Of a stretch of DNA of 64,000 nucleotides, positions 1 through 9,963 are shown in pieces (the stretch's first letter is position 1; each line of letters opens with the position of its first letter). Both the position numbers and the translations under genes were made by a program. This stretch comes from Peptococcaceae bacterium (GTDB lineage Bacteria > Bacillota > Desulfitobacteriia > Desulfitobacteriales > Syntrophobotulaceae). The notes beneath the pieces are model-generated. The model made no database searches. It saw only the letters and a list, made by a program, of their open reading frames with translations, and had not been told where the DNA came from. The stretch lies in assembly GCA_009778595.1 (NCBI GenBank), contig WRJI01000003.1:6308-70307 (forward strand), given 5' to 3'.

Positions 1-1116
1 GGGGATGCTATTTTGAGCCCATGGAGCACTCCCGGTGTTGGTGTTTGATGGATTTTCATATTGTGATGCGCTTGGGCCAATCCCGCGTAGCACGTACTTT
101 GCTAAAGTGTTACAGTTTATCTCCATGGCCCCCGACCATGCGTATCCCTCCGGGCGCATAGGAGTATCTTGCCCGTAGGATAGAGGCAGGTCGCTATCAT
201 GCCACTCACCCGCCACAGCCAAAAGCTGCGCCACCTTCACGGGGTCGTTTTCTGGCAGCGTAAAATCTCCCGCGAAATCCATGCCGGAAACCCTCCCAAG
301 AAGATGCATGGGCGGCACTGTTGTCGTAATGCGCGGGCGGGCGTAGTCAAAATTTATGCGGTAGTGCTTGTTTGCCTGCGGCAAAAGGTATCCGCCGCGA
401 CACTCGTCTCCAGCCAGATATACCCCGGCCTGGGAGAACTTCAGAGGCGGACTATCAGCCTGTGTTCGAAATGTCAACGCTGACCGATACCCTTTAGCCA
501 CCACCGGCGGTGCGGTGATCGCCAAGGAGGCCAGTGCTGTGCTTGTGACGTCCTGTATTTTTTTGTCAGCCAACGTGATGACAGCTGACACGCCTGCCGT
601 GTCGGCTGGCTGCATCTGATCGGCTTCCAGGTTACCCACGCGCCCATCCATGGCACTCACTGCAGCGCTATTATCGGTAAATGTTCCGATGAGGCCGGTA
701 AGGCTCCCGATAGCCCCATATATGCCTTCTATTTCGTCGGGAGGAATGGGGGTTGCATTGGATTGGTCGATGCTGAGGTGTGGCAAGACTTTCATTTTGG
801 CATTTTCTGTGCCATGCACAATCACGCCGTCAGCGCCGACAAACTCAAGAGAGTATGTGTACGTCCCCTCCAACGTAACGGAGTTTAAAATCTCGAAGTC
901 CGCTGTATAGTCCGGATTTATGATAAGCGTTTGCCTGTCTTCCAGATCGGCGCCTTTGATTGATATGCGCAATCCAAATCCCCTCGTGTCCTGCCCCGCA
1001 ATTTGCCTTGGCAGCTCAAAGATTATCGTTTCCGCCTTGTTGTCACCGTCGACTCCGATGCACGCTGTTCCCGGCGTAAGGATTCGTCCCTCTGCGCTCA
1101 ATACGACCCTTAGCAT
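1..1116 (-). CDS. Phage distal tail / fibre-associated structural protein, 3-prime end cut by the window edge
   Basis: Absent from the ORF track because there is no stop in the window. Hand translation from ATG 1116..1114 (GGAGG ~7 nt upstream) is open for all 372 codons: MLRVVLSAEGRILTPGTACIGVDGDNKAETIIFELPRQ... It starts 2 nt after the stop of the upstream fibre gene. Confidence 0.6.
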   Translation of the reverse strand, partial: MLRVVLSAEGRILTPGTACIGVDGDNKAETIIFELPRQIAGQDTRGFGLRISIKGADLEDRQTLIINPDYTADFEILNSVTLEGTYTYSLEFVGADGVIVHGTENAKMKVLPHLSIDQSNATPIPPDEIEGIYGAIGSLTGLIGTFTDNSAAVSAMDGRVGNLEADQMQPADTAGVSAVITLADKKIQDVTSTALASLAITAPPVVAKGYRSALTFRTQADSPPLKFSQAGVYLAGDECRGGYLLPQANKHYRINFDYARPRITTTVPPMHLLGRVSGMDFAGDFTLPENDPVKVAQLLAVAGEWHDSDLPLSYGQDTPMRPEGYAWSGAMEINCNTLAKYVLRGIGPSASQYENPSNTNTGSAPWAQNSIP

Positions 1117-1118
1117 TT

Positions 1119-2936
1119 TTATACCTCCGTCCTTACGAGCTTGATTTTTGTGAGATCATTGGCAGCTACTGGCTGATAGACTCCTCCCACGCGCGCGCCT
1201 ACGGCCACCCTATAATGGGTAGCCCCGGCTGGGATCTCAAAGTCCACACTGCCGGCGACCCCCATGACGTTATTCTCCATTAGGCTGGCAGAAGTGAGCC
1301 ATGATGATATGGCCGCGGTAGTGTAAAAATGGACACCGATATATACCCAAGGATCCGCCGGTAGGCTCAGCCTCATATCAGATGCGTCGGGCAGCGGGAT
1401 GGGGGAAGGCATTCGAGCTCGGTCCGCGGCGGTGCTATTGCCGCCTGTAGATGCCGAAATGGATCCGATTTCCCATGATCCGGTATAATATCCGTCTAGC
1501 ACAGATACTAAAAAAGGCAGAAACTGCTCCAAGTTGTCAAAGGCAACCCTTGCCCTAAAGCGAGCTGCCATAGCACACGTAAAGCCTTCCTCTTGCGCGA
1601 CCTGCCCAAAGGCTATCCCCTTACCGCCTGCGCGGTAGTCCACGGTCGTGAACGCTGTTGGGATGAATGCGGCCACTGATACGGCGCTGAAGCTATCCTG
1701 TAAAGTGAGCTTGATCTCATAGCTATAGTCAACATCAATGAGCCCCGCGCCAATAACGGATAGAGGTTTGGTATAAGGCCCGCCTGCCGTCCAGGATGAT
1801 TGTCCGACCCTTCTGTATTCAGCTCGCCGCTGGATAGTGTTATTGCCCAGTAAGCTGTAAACAGTATCGGCAATCTGCGCGAGTACATATGTCCCGTCGT
1901 CATCTATTGCCCCGCCGGCGAGACACCTATCGACCTTAGCAGAGGATATGGATGGGGCCTTGTATGCTTCGACCTGGATCTCAGCTATCTCCGTGGCCGT
2001 CCGTCCGCGCGTGTCCGTGACCGTGATTACAAAAGGATAAGGGCCTGAGCGTGGCAATTTGTCTGTCACAATAATCGTTTGGCTGCTCATAAAGTCGGAG
2101 CTCTTGATCTCGCATTTTGAGATGCCGGATCCGTAGGCCCCGGCAGCCGCCAGAACCTCGATTTTTACGGCGCTGTGGTTTTGTATATACAACCCCCACT
2201 GGGGCGGAACATCGTTGTCGATTCGAGTCACTGCGACATCCCCGATTGTGGGCACGACATCCGCCGGAGCAGTCAGATAGAATGTCTCTGTCTTACTCCC
2301 GATTACTGTACTACCATTTTTAGTTGTGACTGTAATCGTCCCTGATCCCGTGGCTGTATTTGGAGACGCATTTATCCATTCCTTTGGGACTGTATAGGCT
2401 GCGTATGACCCGACTCCTACCTGTGTATGGCTATAGCCGCCATACTGATACTTGATATCGTGTGTGGCCCCGGCGATCAGTGGCGTAATGCTGACGCCGA
2501 TCATATTGAGGTTATCAGCGACGATTGTTTTGTTTGACGGGGTCAGACTAAATTCCGATGCCCTTGGGATCGTATTGAGCGCCCACGACCCAGATCCCGA
2601 AACGTTGACAGCCGTATAGTAGATCCCGGCCTCAGCGGTAGCAGTAAATGAGCGTGAACCATCGGAGTTATGGCTGATATCACAGTTGCCAGAGGCCACT
2701 ACGGTTCCGGAGAATAAATTGATACGGGTGGCGGAGAAATGCCGCTGCACCCCATCGATTATAACCTTGAAGTTTCCGGATACATAGTACTGCGGGCTTG
2801 CGGTGGATCCGGCTCCCACCAATCTCCATCCGATATTGCTTTTGTTGGCGCTGATGTTCTGGTTATTTAGCCACCATTCAAAAGCAAGATAGCGGTGATT
2901 GTATGCACTTGTATTAAAAGACCCACTACTCGCCAT
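1119..2936 (-). CDS. Phage tail fibre / receptor-binding protein (DUF859-like N-terminus)
   Basis: 605-aa ORF. The N-terminus (YLAFEWWLNNQNISANKSNIGWRLVG...YYVSGNFKVIIDG) resembles the siphovirus DUF859 fibre family from memory. It lies downstream of Dit/Tal. Confidence 0.55.
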   Translation of the reverse strand: MASSGSFNTSAYNHRYLAFEWWLNNQNISANKSNIGWRLVGAGSTASPQYYVSGNFKVIIDGVQRHFSATRINLFSGTVVASGNCDISHNSDGSRSFTATAEAGIYYTAVNVSGSGSWALNTIPRASEFSLTPSNKTIVADNLNMIGVSITPLIAGATHDIKYQYGGYSHTQVGVGSYAAYTVPKEWINASPNTATGSGTITVTTKNGSTVIGSKTETFYLTAPADVVPTIGDVAVTRIDNDVPPQWGLYIQNHSAVKIEVLAAAGAYGSGISKCEIKSSDFMSSQTIIVTDKLPRSGPYPFVITVTDTRGRTATEIAEIQVEAYKAPSISSAKVDRCLAGGAIDDDGTYVLAQIADTVYSLLGNNTIQRRAEYRRVGQSSWTAGGPYTKPLSVIGAGLIDVDYSYEIKLTLQDSFSAVSVAAFIPTAFTTVDYRAGGKGIAFGQVAQEEGFTCAMAARFRARVAFDNLEQFLPFLVSVLDGYYTGSWEIGSISASTGGNSTAADRARMPSPIPLPDASDMRLSLPADPWVYIGVHFYTTAAISSWLTSASLMENNVMGVAGSVDFEIPAGATHYRVAVGARVGGVYQPVAANDLTKIKLVRTEV

Positions 2937-2937
2937 G

Positions 2938-4536
2938 CTACCCCACCCACTTAAAGCTTAGGTTTCCGTTCGCCCGCGGGATAAATGCGTAGTCACCAAG
3001 GGTGAGCTGCGTCAGTATCTCGCCATTTGTGATATAGAATCTGTTATCGTTGAAATAGGCGACCTGGTACCCGCTTTGGTAAATCCCTACCTCACTATTT
3101 GATATCCGGAGCTCAAAAGGGCTCCCGACCTCTCCGATGATAACAACACCATCCTCAAGCCGTATATATCGGTTCTGTTCTTCAAATCGCGTCTGGAGCT
3201 CATTGTTCACCTCGGTGATATTTTGAGTTAAGCTGTTAAAGGTAAAGACAAAGGCATTGTTTGCCTGCTCAAGCGCTGTACTCAGGCTCTCGATGGCCGT
3301 GCCGTGTTGCGTCTGGGTGATATACTCGGCGCTGACCTGCTGCAGGATATTTGATTCGCTGAGCGTGATAGCAGTCCACAGATTTTTAATTACATTATTG
3401 ACTGAGGACATTTTTTCGGCCACAGTGTTCTCTGCGATGGTGCTAACCCTATTGGTGAGCGTGCTGGCCTCTTTTGTAAAGCTTCCGTGGTCGCTCCCGA
3501 CAGTGAAGGTGTTGTTAGACTTGTCGAGGAGATCTATGGTGAGCTTCGTGACTAAAAGCGTCGCCTCAATTCCGTGGAACGGGCTCGACACTTTCACATA
3601 GTCCAGGAATCGTATACTGTCCACATTGACGCCAACTTGTCTCAGGTCTAGAGCAGAAATCTCGATAGAATCAAGAGGGCTGATTGATAGCGCCAGCTCT
3701 TGGAGGCCTTTTTCTAAGAGCCTCCTCGGGGTTGTTACGTCATCGAATGTGATCTCTTTCTCCCGCCATCCGTATTTGTCAACGGCCGCTTGGTCAAAAA
3801 CATATTCGGTTCCGCCGTTGACGCTCTCTATTGTGACTCTGCCAAGCTCGTTCCCGTCTTCGTCTTGCAACTGGGCCCCCAGGGGAATCACTACGGTCCG
3901 GATATCGGCGCCCTTCTCGATGTACTTAAGATTGAGGATGTTCTCCCCAAGAGTAACTCCCTGGTTGCTTAAAAATGGGCTATCCTCTAGATAGTCTAGG
4001 TATGTCACTCCGTTTATCCTCTCTATATGCAGATGCCCGCCTACGTTGTCGAGGAGTTTAGCCCTAATTTCATCAAGCGTGCCTGGGTATTGAGCAGAGG
4101 CGCGATAGATGTAGTCATTTGGGTCAATCACGGTCACGTCGCGCAGCGCGAAGCGTCGATCCATTGGAGCCATCATGTTGTACTCATCAATCAAAAACTG
4201 TAGGTAAGCTTTGATACCGCCATTCTGCCATGTGTACGGACGAACCTTAACATCATTCAGGAAAGATAGCTCGCCAGCACACACAAAGGTGCTCATATTA
4301 CTGAAGTCTGTATCCTTGTCCTTGACCTCTCCACGAAAGATTAGGGCACCATCATCGTAGACCTCTATAACATCTATTAGCTTTTCGAGGCTATTCCCGG
4401 CCTCGTTATCGCGGCTCGGAGTAAATGTGAAGTTGTCGGCATAGTTATCCTCCTTGGTGAGCGTCGCGGAGATGATTTGGCTCTCATCCAAGCGCGGGTC
4501 AAATATTACATTTCCGTCGGCAAAAATAGTATACAT
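2938..4536 (-). CDS. Tail-associated baseplate hub protein (Tal; phage minor structural protein / prophage endopeptidase-tail family)
   Basis: 532 aa, immediately after Dit. The N-terminal MYTIFADGNVIFDPRLDE...IEVYDDGALIFRGEV pattern is typical of this family. Confidence 0.6.
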   Translation of the reverse strand: MYTIFADGNVIFDPRLDESQIISATLTKEDNYADNFTFTPSRDNEAGNSLEKLIDVIEVYDDGALIFRGEVKDKDTDFSNMSTFVCAGELSFLNDVKVRPYTWQNGGIKAYLQFLIDEYNMMAPMDRRFALRDVTVIDPNDYIYRASAQYPGTLDEIRAKLLDNVGGHLHIERINGVTYLDYLEDSPFLSNQGVTLGENILNLKYIEKGADIRTVVIPLGAQLQDEDGNELGRVTIESVNGGTEYVFDQAAVDKYGWREKEITFDDVTTPRRLLEKGLQELALSISPLDSIEISALDLRQVGVNVDSIRFLDYVKVSSPFHGIEATLLVTKLTIDLLDKSNNTFTVGSDHGSFTKEASTLTNRVSTIAENTVAEKMSSVNNVIKNLWTAITLSESNILQQVSAEYITQTQHGTAIESLSTALEQANNAFVFTFNSLTQNITEVNNELQTRFEEQNRYIRLEDGVVIIGEVGSPFELRISNSEVGIYQSGYQVAYFNDNRFYITNGEILTQLTLGDYAFIPRANGNLSFKWVG

Positions 4537-4537
4537 C

Positions 4538-5179
4538 CTACAAAATCCCTTCTTGGTACCTGATCCTTACATGCGCGGATCCCGTAATAGTCATAATGTT
4601 ATGGCCTTCGCGCAACATAAAATCAGCGAAACACCACGATCCCGCAGACACCTGTTTTGTCAGTCCGTTCATGGTCATAGCAATGGGCGCCGAGGTTGTA
4701 ATCTCAGGGACGACATTTTTGAATTCATTACGCAAGACAACATTGGCGGGCCCATCCACATCTAGGCTCAAAACTGTCTCGTCATGCTTGTATCTGTACG
4801 GATCGACAATGGCTTCAATTTTAACCATCGCCACAGAGGTTAAATTTGAAAAGTCAGCCACCTTGCAGCGGCCAATAAAATAGTGTTCCGGTTCCTGATC
4901 CAGGACTATCCTCAGTCGCCTCCCATTGATGTGCGCGGAAATCTCTTTGCGCAAGTTCCACCACTCAGAAGGGTCTTGGAACGTATCAAACTCGAAGACT
5001 AGGCAACGCTGATTATAGAGTACCCGCCCATAATCCTCAGTAAAATCATACACCACATCACCCGCCGGCACAGAAAGGAATTCGAGCCTGGGATCAGCAT
5101 CCGGGATCGACTTCTTTGTCATCAGTAGATCCCAGTCGTCAATGCTGTGCTTATCACCAAACATCACACCATTTCTCAT
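4538..5179 (-). CDS. Distal tail protein (Dit, siphovirus tail component)
   Basis: 213 aa, directly after the tape measure with a 4-nt overlap. FGDKHSIDDWDLLM...SVPAGD is Sipho_tail-like. Confidence 0.6.
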   Translation of the reverse strand: MRNGVMFGDKHSIDDWDLLMTKKSIPDADPRLEFLSVPAGDVVYDFTEDYGRVLYNQRCLVFEFDTFQDPSEWWNLRKEISAHINGRRLRIVLDQEPEHYFIGRCKVADFSNLTSVAMVKIEAIVDPYRYKHDETVLSLDVDGPANVVLRNEFKNVVPEITTSAPIAMTMNGLTKQVSAGSWCFADFMLREGHNIMTITGSAHVRIRYQEGIL

Positions 5180-8037
5180 CGCGTAGCCACCCCCATATCC
5201 CGAAGGTCATTGCGCGACTTGAAGGCCCCGTCCATCTTGTCGACAATGCCCCCGACCACTCCGCCACGGTCAAGGACCACTTGCATCCCCTGGATGGCGC
5301 CCTTGAGCGTTCTCACCTCGGCCCGCAGCGCCGCCACCTCTTCCAGCAGCGCATTATTCCCGCCCTCTGTTGCCGCAAGGATACCAGCGCCAATGTCACC
5401 CAGTACGCTCTTGGTCAGAGGGAGGATCGCTTCCGCTCCGGCCTCGCCGCCTCCGAAAAGGGTGTTTCCTGATGCTCCAAATATGGTCGGCTGCTTCAGG
5501 ATCCCGCCTTTAGCATTCCATGAGATTGCCAGCTTGGGGATGCTTCCGGAGAGCAAGTCTCCAATCTTCCACCCAGGCGGGCTAATCCCGAAAGAAGGCA
5601 GCTTGATCTTTGGCCAAGTGAAATTCATGTTGGCAAACCAGTCAAGCACCTTCCCCATCTTCTCCATGACCGCTCCCTTGATTCCCTCCCACTTTTCCCC
5701 TGCTGATGTTTTTATCGCGCTCCATTTCTTGTCTGCTTCAGCGGCAAGATCGGCAAGCTTGCTACTTATCTCCCCGACCTTGGTTCCGACCGTCTTCGAT
5801 ATGTCGGTCCATCCCTCAGTGATCTTTTGGCTGAGGGGCCGTTGCGCCCGCTCAAGCTTCTCTTGGGCAAGTCTCAGCTCCTCTTCCTTGATCCTGGCTT
5901 CTTCTGCTGCCGCCGTTTGCTCCTGTTGCGCGGCTTCAAGAGCGTGAGTTGACTCTATAAGGTTTTCGTCAGCTTTCTTTTTGTCTTCCTCGGCCTGCTT
6001 CAGGCTAAGCGCGGCCTCCTTTGCTTCAAGGGATCCTTCGCCATAGTTCTTGATGGCATCAGCCAGGGACAGCTTCGCTCTTTCGACTCGTAGCGAGGCT
6101 CCTTCGGCACTAAGCTCTGCGCCGGTTAGGTCATCCTGCGCCTGCTGTAACGACCTTGTGGCGTCCTCGAGCTTTTTCGTTGCCGCCATATGGGCTTCTT
6201 CTGCTGCCTGGAGCTCCTTTTCCGCCCTCCCCGAAGAATTAAAGGCGATAACGAGCGCAGCCAGGATAGCGATCAAGGCCACTATCGCCAGCACGATAAG
6301 CCCGATAGGGTTGGCGTACATCGCAGCGTTCCAGAGCCATTGTGCCACTGTCACGATTCCTGTGGCGGCAGCGGACGCCACCTGCGCCGCCGTTGTGGCT
6401 ATGGTGGATGTTTTTAGCGCGGTAAATGCCGTTACCATAGCCGGGACAATCTTCATCACCGCCCCAATGCCTGTTGATACTTTGCCGATAGCAATGAGCA
6501 GAGGGCCGATTGCAGCGACCGTGCCACCCACAGCAATAATGATTTTTTTTGTACCGCTGTCCATCTCGGAGAATCTTCCGACGACATCTCGAACCTTTGT
6601 TATGATTTTCTGAAAGGTCGGCAACATTTCATTGCCAAGTTGGATAACGACATCCATCGCGTTGTTTTTTAAGATTTGGAGTTGCGCTGCCGTTGTGGCG
6701 TAAGATATCTCGGTCTCCTCTTGGAGCGCTGTATTTTTCTGCCATTCATCATTGGATATCCTGACCGCTTCGGACATCACCCCAGACGCATTCGACAGGC
6801 GAAGGATGGTATCAGAGAGCCTTATTTCGGTTATGCCCATTTCGTCAAGCATGGCAATAGCTGACTTTCCGGTTCTCTCTGTATCACCAAGGCCTTCGAC
6901 GAAAGCGGCCAGGGCGCCAGCTGCGTCAGTCTCAAATGCCTCTTTGAATTGCGCTCCGGTCATCCCTGCAACCTTAGAGAATTGCTCAAGCTTTGTGCCG
7001 CCGAGTTCCGTCGCCATTTGCATTTCTTTTAAAAGCTTGCTCATAGATGATCCGCCGGCCTCAGCCTCGATGCCCACTGAGCTCATGGCGGTCGCAAGGG
7101 CAAGGATTTGAGGCTGAGTCAGCCCGGTCAGCTCCCCTGTGGCGGCCAATTTTGTCGCCATGGCCACGATTTCGGCCTCAGTCGTGGCGAAGTTGTCGCC
7201 AAGCATCAAAAGAGATGACCCGAGCCGATCATAGTCGGACGCGCTCATCTTCGTGATGTTCGCGAATCGCGCCAAGGCCGTCGCCGCTTCCTCAGCTTGG
7301 AGATTAGTCGTACTGCCAAGGGTGATCATTACGCGGGTAAAGTCAAGCACATGGTCGGTAGCAATTCCAAGCTGCCCCGCCTTCGTCGCCACGGCAGCGA
7401 TATCCGACGCAGCGACAGGAATCTCTTTGGCCATATCTCGGATGCCACGCTCAAGCATAGCCATGTCTTCATCAGTGCCCTTGAGGGTTTTACGAACATT
7501 CATAAAAGCTTGCTCGAAGTCCACTGACGACTTGACAGTCAGGCCCCCTAAGGCGACTATCCCAGCGCTCAAAGGCATCAGTTTTTTCCCTGCGTCGGTA
7601 GCCTTTTCGCCGAATTTCTGTAGATCTTCTCCAGCGGCTTTGATTTTTTGGGCCGCGACGCTCCCGAAGGAGTCCATTTCTTTATTAAGAGCTTTAAGTT
7701 TATTCTCGGTCGCCACGATTTCGCGCTGAAAATCGCGGTATTGCTCCGCTGTGATCTCTCCCTTATCGAATTGTTCCTGCACCTGCGCTTGCGTATCTTT
7801 AAGTGTCTTCAGCTTTTCCGAGGTGGCTTTGATGTTCTCGGCGAGCACTTTCTGCTTTTGGCCAAGCAGTTCGGTGCTTTTTGGGTCAAGCTTGAGGAGT
7901 TTATCGATCCCCTTCAGTTCGCTTGTCAAGGACTTGCTTTGCTTTTCTACTCCTTCAAGCGCCTTGCCGAGCTTGGTTGTGTCCCCAGATATTTCTACGG
8001 TTATCCCGCTTATTCTCCCGCTTGCCAAAATCCCCAC
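5176..8037 (-). CDS. Tail tape measure protein
   Basis: 953 aa. It has coiled-coil A/E/K-rich ends and a central Gly/Ala-rich hydrophobic segment, and sits between the chaperones and Dit. The track start is GTG; the exact start is uncertain. Confidence 0.9.
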   Translation of the reverse strand: MGILASGRISGITVEISGDTTKLGKALEGVEKQSKSLTSELKGIDKLLKLDPKSTELLGQKQKVLAENIKATSEKLKTLKDTQAQVQEQFDKGEITAEQYRDFQREIVATENKLKALNKEMDSFGSVAAQKIKAAGEDLQKFGEKATDAGKKLMPLSAGIVALGGLTVKSSVDFEQAFMNVRKTLKGTDEDMAMLERGIRDMAKEIPVAASDIAAVATKAGQLGIATDHVLDFTRVMITLGSTTNLQAEEAATALARFANITKMSASDYDRLGSSLLMLGDNFATTEAEIVAMATKLAATGELTGLTQPQILALATAMSSVGIEAEAGGSSMSKLLKEMQMATELGGTKLEQFSKVAGMTGAQFKEAFETDAAGALAAFVEGLGDTERTGKSAIAMLDEMGITEIRLSDTILRLSNASGVMSEAVRISNDEWQKNTALQEETEISYATTAAQLQILKNNAMDVVIQLGNEMLPTFQKIITKVRDVVGRFSEMDSGTKKIIIAVGGTVAAIGPLLIAIGKVSTGIGAVMKIVPAMVTAFTALKTSTIATTAAQVASAAATGIVTVAQWLWNAAMYANPIGLIVLAIVALIAILAALVIAFNSSGRAEKELQAAEEAHMAATKKLEDATRSLQQAQDDLTGAELSAEGASLRVERAKLSLADAIKNYGEGSLEAKEAALSLKQAEEDKKKADENLIESTHALEAAQQEQTAAAEEARIKEEELRLAQEKLERAQRPLSQKITEGWTDISKTVGTKVGEISSKLADLAAEADKKWSAIKTSAGEKWEGIKGAVMEKMGKVLDWFANMNFTWPKIKLPSFGISPPGWKIGDLLSGSIPKLAISWNAKGGILKQPTIFGASGNTLFGGGEAGAEAILPLTKSVLGDIGAGILAATEGGNNALLEEVAALRAEVRTLKGAIQGMQVVLDRGGVVGGIVDKMDGAFKSRNDLRDMGVATR

Positions 8038-8067
8038 CGCCTCTCATATGTAGAAAATGAGCCGCGG

Positions 8068-8663
8068 TCATTTTCCGCTGCTCATTTTTTCTCTTAATCT
8101 TGCTCTATCCGGATGCGTTTCCTCAAGCCTCTTTGCGTTGGCGAGGTATTCCCGCCCCTCTTTTGACTCTGACATCCCGTGGATAAAGGCATCCCGGAAA
8201 AAGTAAACGTGCTCGATAATGTCAAGCATCAAGACATCACAAACAGATACCCCAAGATACTGCCCTACAAGCTTTTCCTCCCACGTCTCGGCGGCGTAGC
8301 TTATCCCCTCTCTACCGGCTGCCGGGTAGTAGGGGATTGAGAGTTTTTTTGGTTCAGGTTCTCCTGTATCCAGGCATAGTACTCGGTAAAGAAGAGGGAG
8401 ACAAGCTCCCAGTCAAAGAGGATATCCTCAACTTCTTTAAGGGTAAAAACAATCTTCTCCTTGTTACAGTTGAAGAGCAAGAGCGCCGCATCAAAGATGG
8501 AATCCGCGCGCTCCTCGTCTACTTCCTGGCCCTCTTCAAGCTCTCCTGTTACAGCCATTACCTTTTTAAGGTCTGTCCGTGTCGGCACGTTTAGATGCAC
8601 GACCCTCCCATCGCTAAAAGTGATGTCGAAATACTTTCGCTGATATATGGATAGGTCTAACAT
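8068..8663 (-). CDS. Tail assembly chaperone fusion (gpGT analogue) made by a -1 frameshift at 8349..8343
   Basis: The -1 frame is open for 91 codons from the heptamer to TGA 8070..8068. It fills the otherwise unannotated gap before the tape measure. Confidence 0.65.
8301..8663 (-). CDS. Tail assembly chaperone (gpG analogue, zero-frame product)
   Basis: 120-aa acidic ORF between the major tail and tape measure genes. It contains the slippery site near its 3-prime end. Confidence 0.75.
   Translation of the reverse strand: MLDLSIYQRKYFDITFSDGRVVHLNVPTRTDLKKVMAVTGELEEGQEVDEERADSIFDAALLLFNCNKEKIVFTLKEVEDILFDWELVSLFFTEYYAWIQENLNQKNSQSPTTRQPVERG
8305..8349 (-). promoter_or_regulatory. Recoding signal: slippery A_AAA_AAC (8349..8343), 7-nt spacer, imperfect hairpin (8335..8305)
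   Basis: Zero-frame codons CAA AAA AAC, then the hairpin CCCCT-AC-TACCCGG-CAG-CCGGTA-GAG-AGGGG read on the minus strand. Confidence 0.6.
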
Positions 8664-8678
8664 ATGCCGCCTACTTTC

Positions 8679-9230
8679 TTAAGGCACAGAGGCCCCTATT
8701 TCTTCTTGGATGATCACCAGCGTCCCTACGTCGTCGAGTTTTCCTTTCGTTGCCGAAAAGACAGCATCAATGACCGTTTCTTCATCAGGCTTAAAGGTCA
8801 GCGTGAAGCCGCTCGTGTTTTGCCCAACGATTGTCACACGGACATCTCCATCGACAGGATCTTCGTGTACAAAGTGAACGATATACTGCTTGCCGCTATC
8901 AGCCCCGCCGAGTTTCGTTGTCCTGATTCCGGCGTCCTCCGCTACCTTCGCTGTTGTGCTAAGATACTTTAGCGTTTCCCCGTTCCATGTCATGATTCCG
9001 GTCTTGAGGTCGGCTTTTTCCACGGTCATTTTCCGCTTGCTGACCATACCGAGGTCATCAGACGCCTCGTAAAAGTCCATTGAGTATTCCAGCGCCGCGC
9101 CACCCTTTATCCAGGCGAGGAGGTTGGTCATTACCTCAAGCGCAGAGTTCTCCGGGATTGTCCCTGTGTACTCTTTTATATACACCTTACCGCTTCCCAG
9201 CGTGATGGTCTCATTTGTTCTTTTTTCCAT
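8679..9230 (-). CDS. Major tail protein (phi13/TP901-1-like)
   Basis: 183 aa. It begins MEKRTNETITLGSGKVYIKEY, and its position just upstream of the chaperones is characteristic. Confidence 0.75.
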   Translation of the reverse strand: MEKRTNETITLGSGKVYIKEYTGTIPENSALEVMTNLLAWIKGGAALEYSMDFYEASDDLGMVSKRKMTVEKADLKTGIMTWNGETLKYLSTTAKVAEDAGIRTTKLGGADSGKQYIVHFVHEDPVDGDVRVTIVGQNTSGFTLTFKPDEETVIDAVFSATKGKLDDVGTLVIIQEEIGASVP

Positions 9231-9233
9231 TTA

Positions 9234-9572
9234 CTATTCCCTTACTTTCTCCCAGAATAGAGCCAATTCGAAATATGTTACATACATTTTTTCGTCATTC
9301 GCCCATTCTCGGTATTTCCTGAAGCTGGAGAAGAGTCCCCTATCGCTCTCATCAAGCAAAAATTTCGTTATTCGTTCCTCTTTTTCCGTTTCAGTCTCTA
9401 GCGCCCAGTGCTGGATCGTGATGGAGTGACCTACCATTCTTTTGCTAAGATCAGCGCCTCGATATGTGATGTCGTCGCTAAAAAGCGTATATGGGGGCTG
9501 TGGACTTTTTAGGTACCGAGTATCTTTTGCCGGCAGTCCCGTTCCATCCTCAAGCCATGCCCTAATATCCAT
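9234..9572 (-). CDS. Tail terminator / tail completion protein (assigned by position)
   Basis: 112-aa ORF between the HK97 gp10-like gene and the major tail gene. Confidence 0.45.
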   Translation of the reverse strand: MDIRAWLEDGTGLPAKDTRYLKSPQPPYTLFSDDITYRGADLSKRMVGHSITIQHWALETETEKEERITKFLLDESDRGLFSSFRKYREWANDEKMYVTYFELALFWEKVRE

Positions 9573-9963
9573 CTTCGAGTACCTCCTTGATGTCTATTTC
9601 GAGGTTTCGCTCAAGCTGCTCAAAGTTTGCGGTTATAAAATCTTGTGCTCTAGTTCTCCCCCCGCTTCGCGTCCTGTGTCCGTTTTTGAGAAGGTGGGAG
9701 AGTGATCCCTCGGGGCTCCGCACATACCACACATTCGTCTTACCGTTCTTAGTTTCATTGAGCGTCTTGGATGTGGGCGATCGACTGAACTTTCCCCGGC
9801 GCCCGACTGGTGCGTCGCGCTTCGTGTCATCAACAAATATCTTCGTCGACTTGTCCACTGCCCTTTTTACCCCCGCCGTAGCCCTTAGCCCATATTCCTT
9901 AAGCTCCTTCGAAAGAGCCGCCGACAAATCATTGATCGATACGCGTAGCGCCATTATACTCAC
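9562..9963 (-). CDS. HK97 gp10-family head-tail joining protein
   Basis: 133 aa. The pattern AVDKSTKIFVDDTKRDAPVGRRGKF is typical of the gp10 family. Confidence 0.65.
   Translation of the reverse strand: MSIMALRVSINDLSAALSKELKEYGLRATAGVKRAVDKSTKIFVDDTKRDAPVGRRGKFSRSPTSKTLNETKNGKTNVWYVRSPEGSLSHLLKNGHRTRSGGRTRAQDFITANFEQLERNLEIDIKEVLEDGY

Noticed and set aside
1-2936. A diversity-generating retroelement targeting the tail-fibre genes.
   Set aside because: There is no reverse transcriptase gene, and no template/variable repeat pair is visible in the window.
5147-5947. 266-aa plus-strand ORF inside the tape-measure gene. Similar long antisense ORFs lie at 33501-34370, 44355-45020 and 52297-53007.
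   Set aside because: Each lies fully inside a well-supported gene on the other strand. The compositions are S/A/P/R-rich, with no RBS and no motifs.
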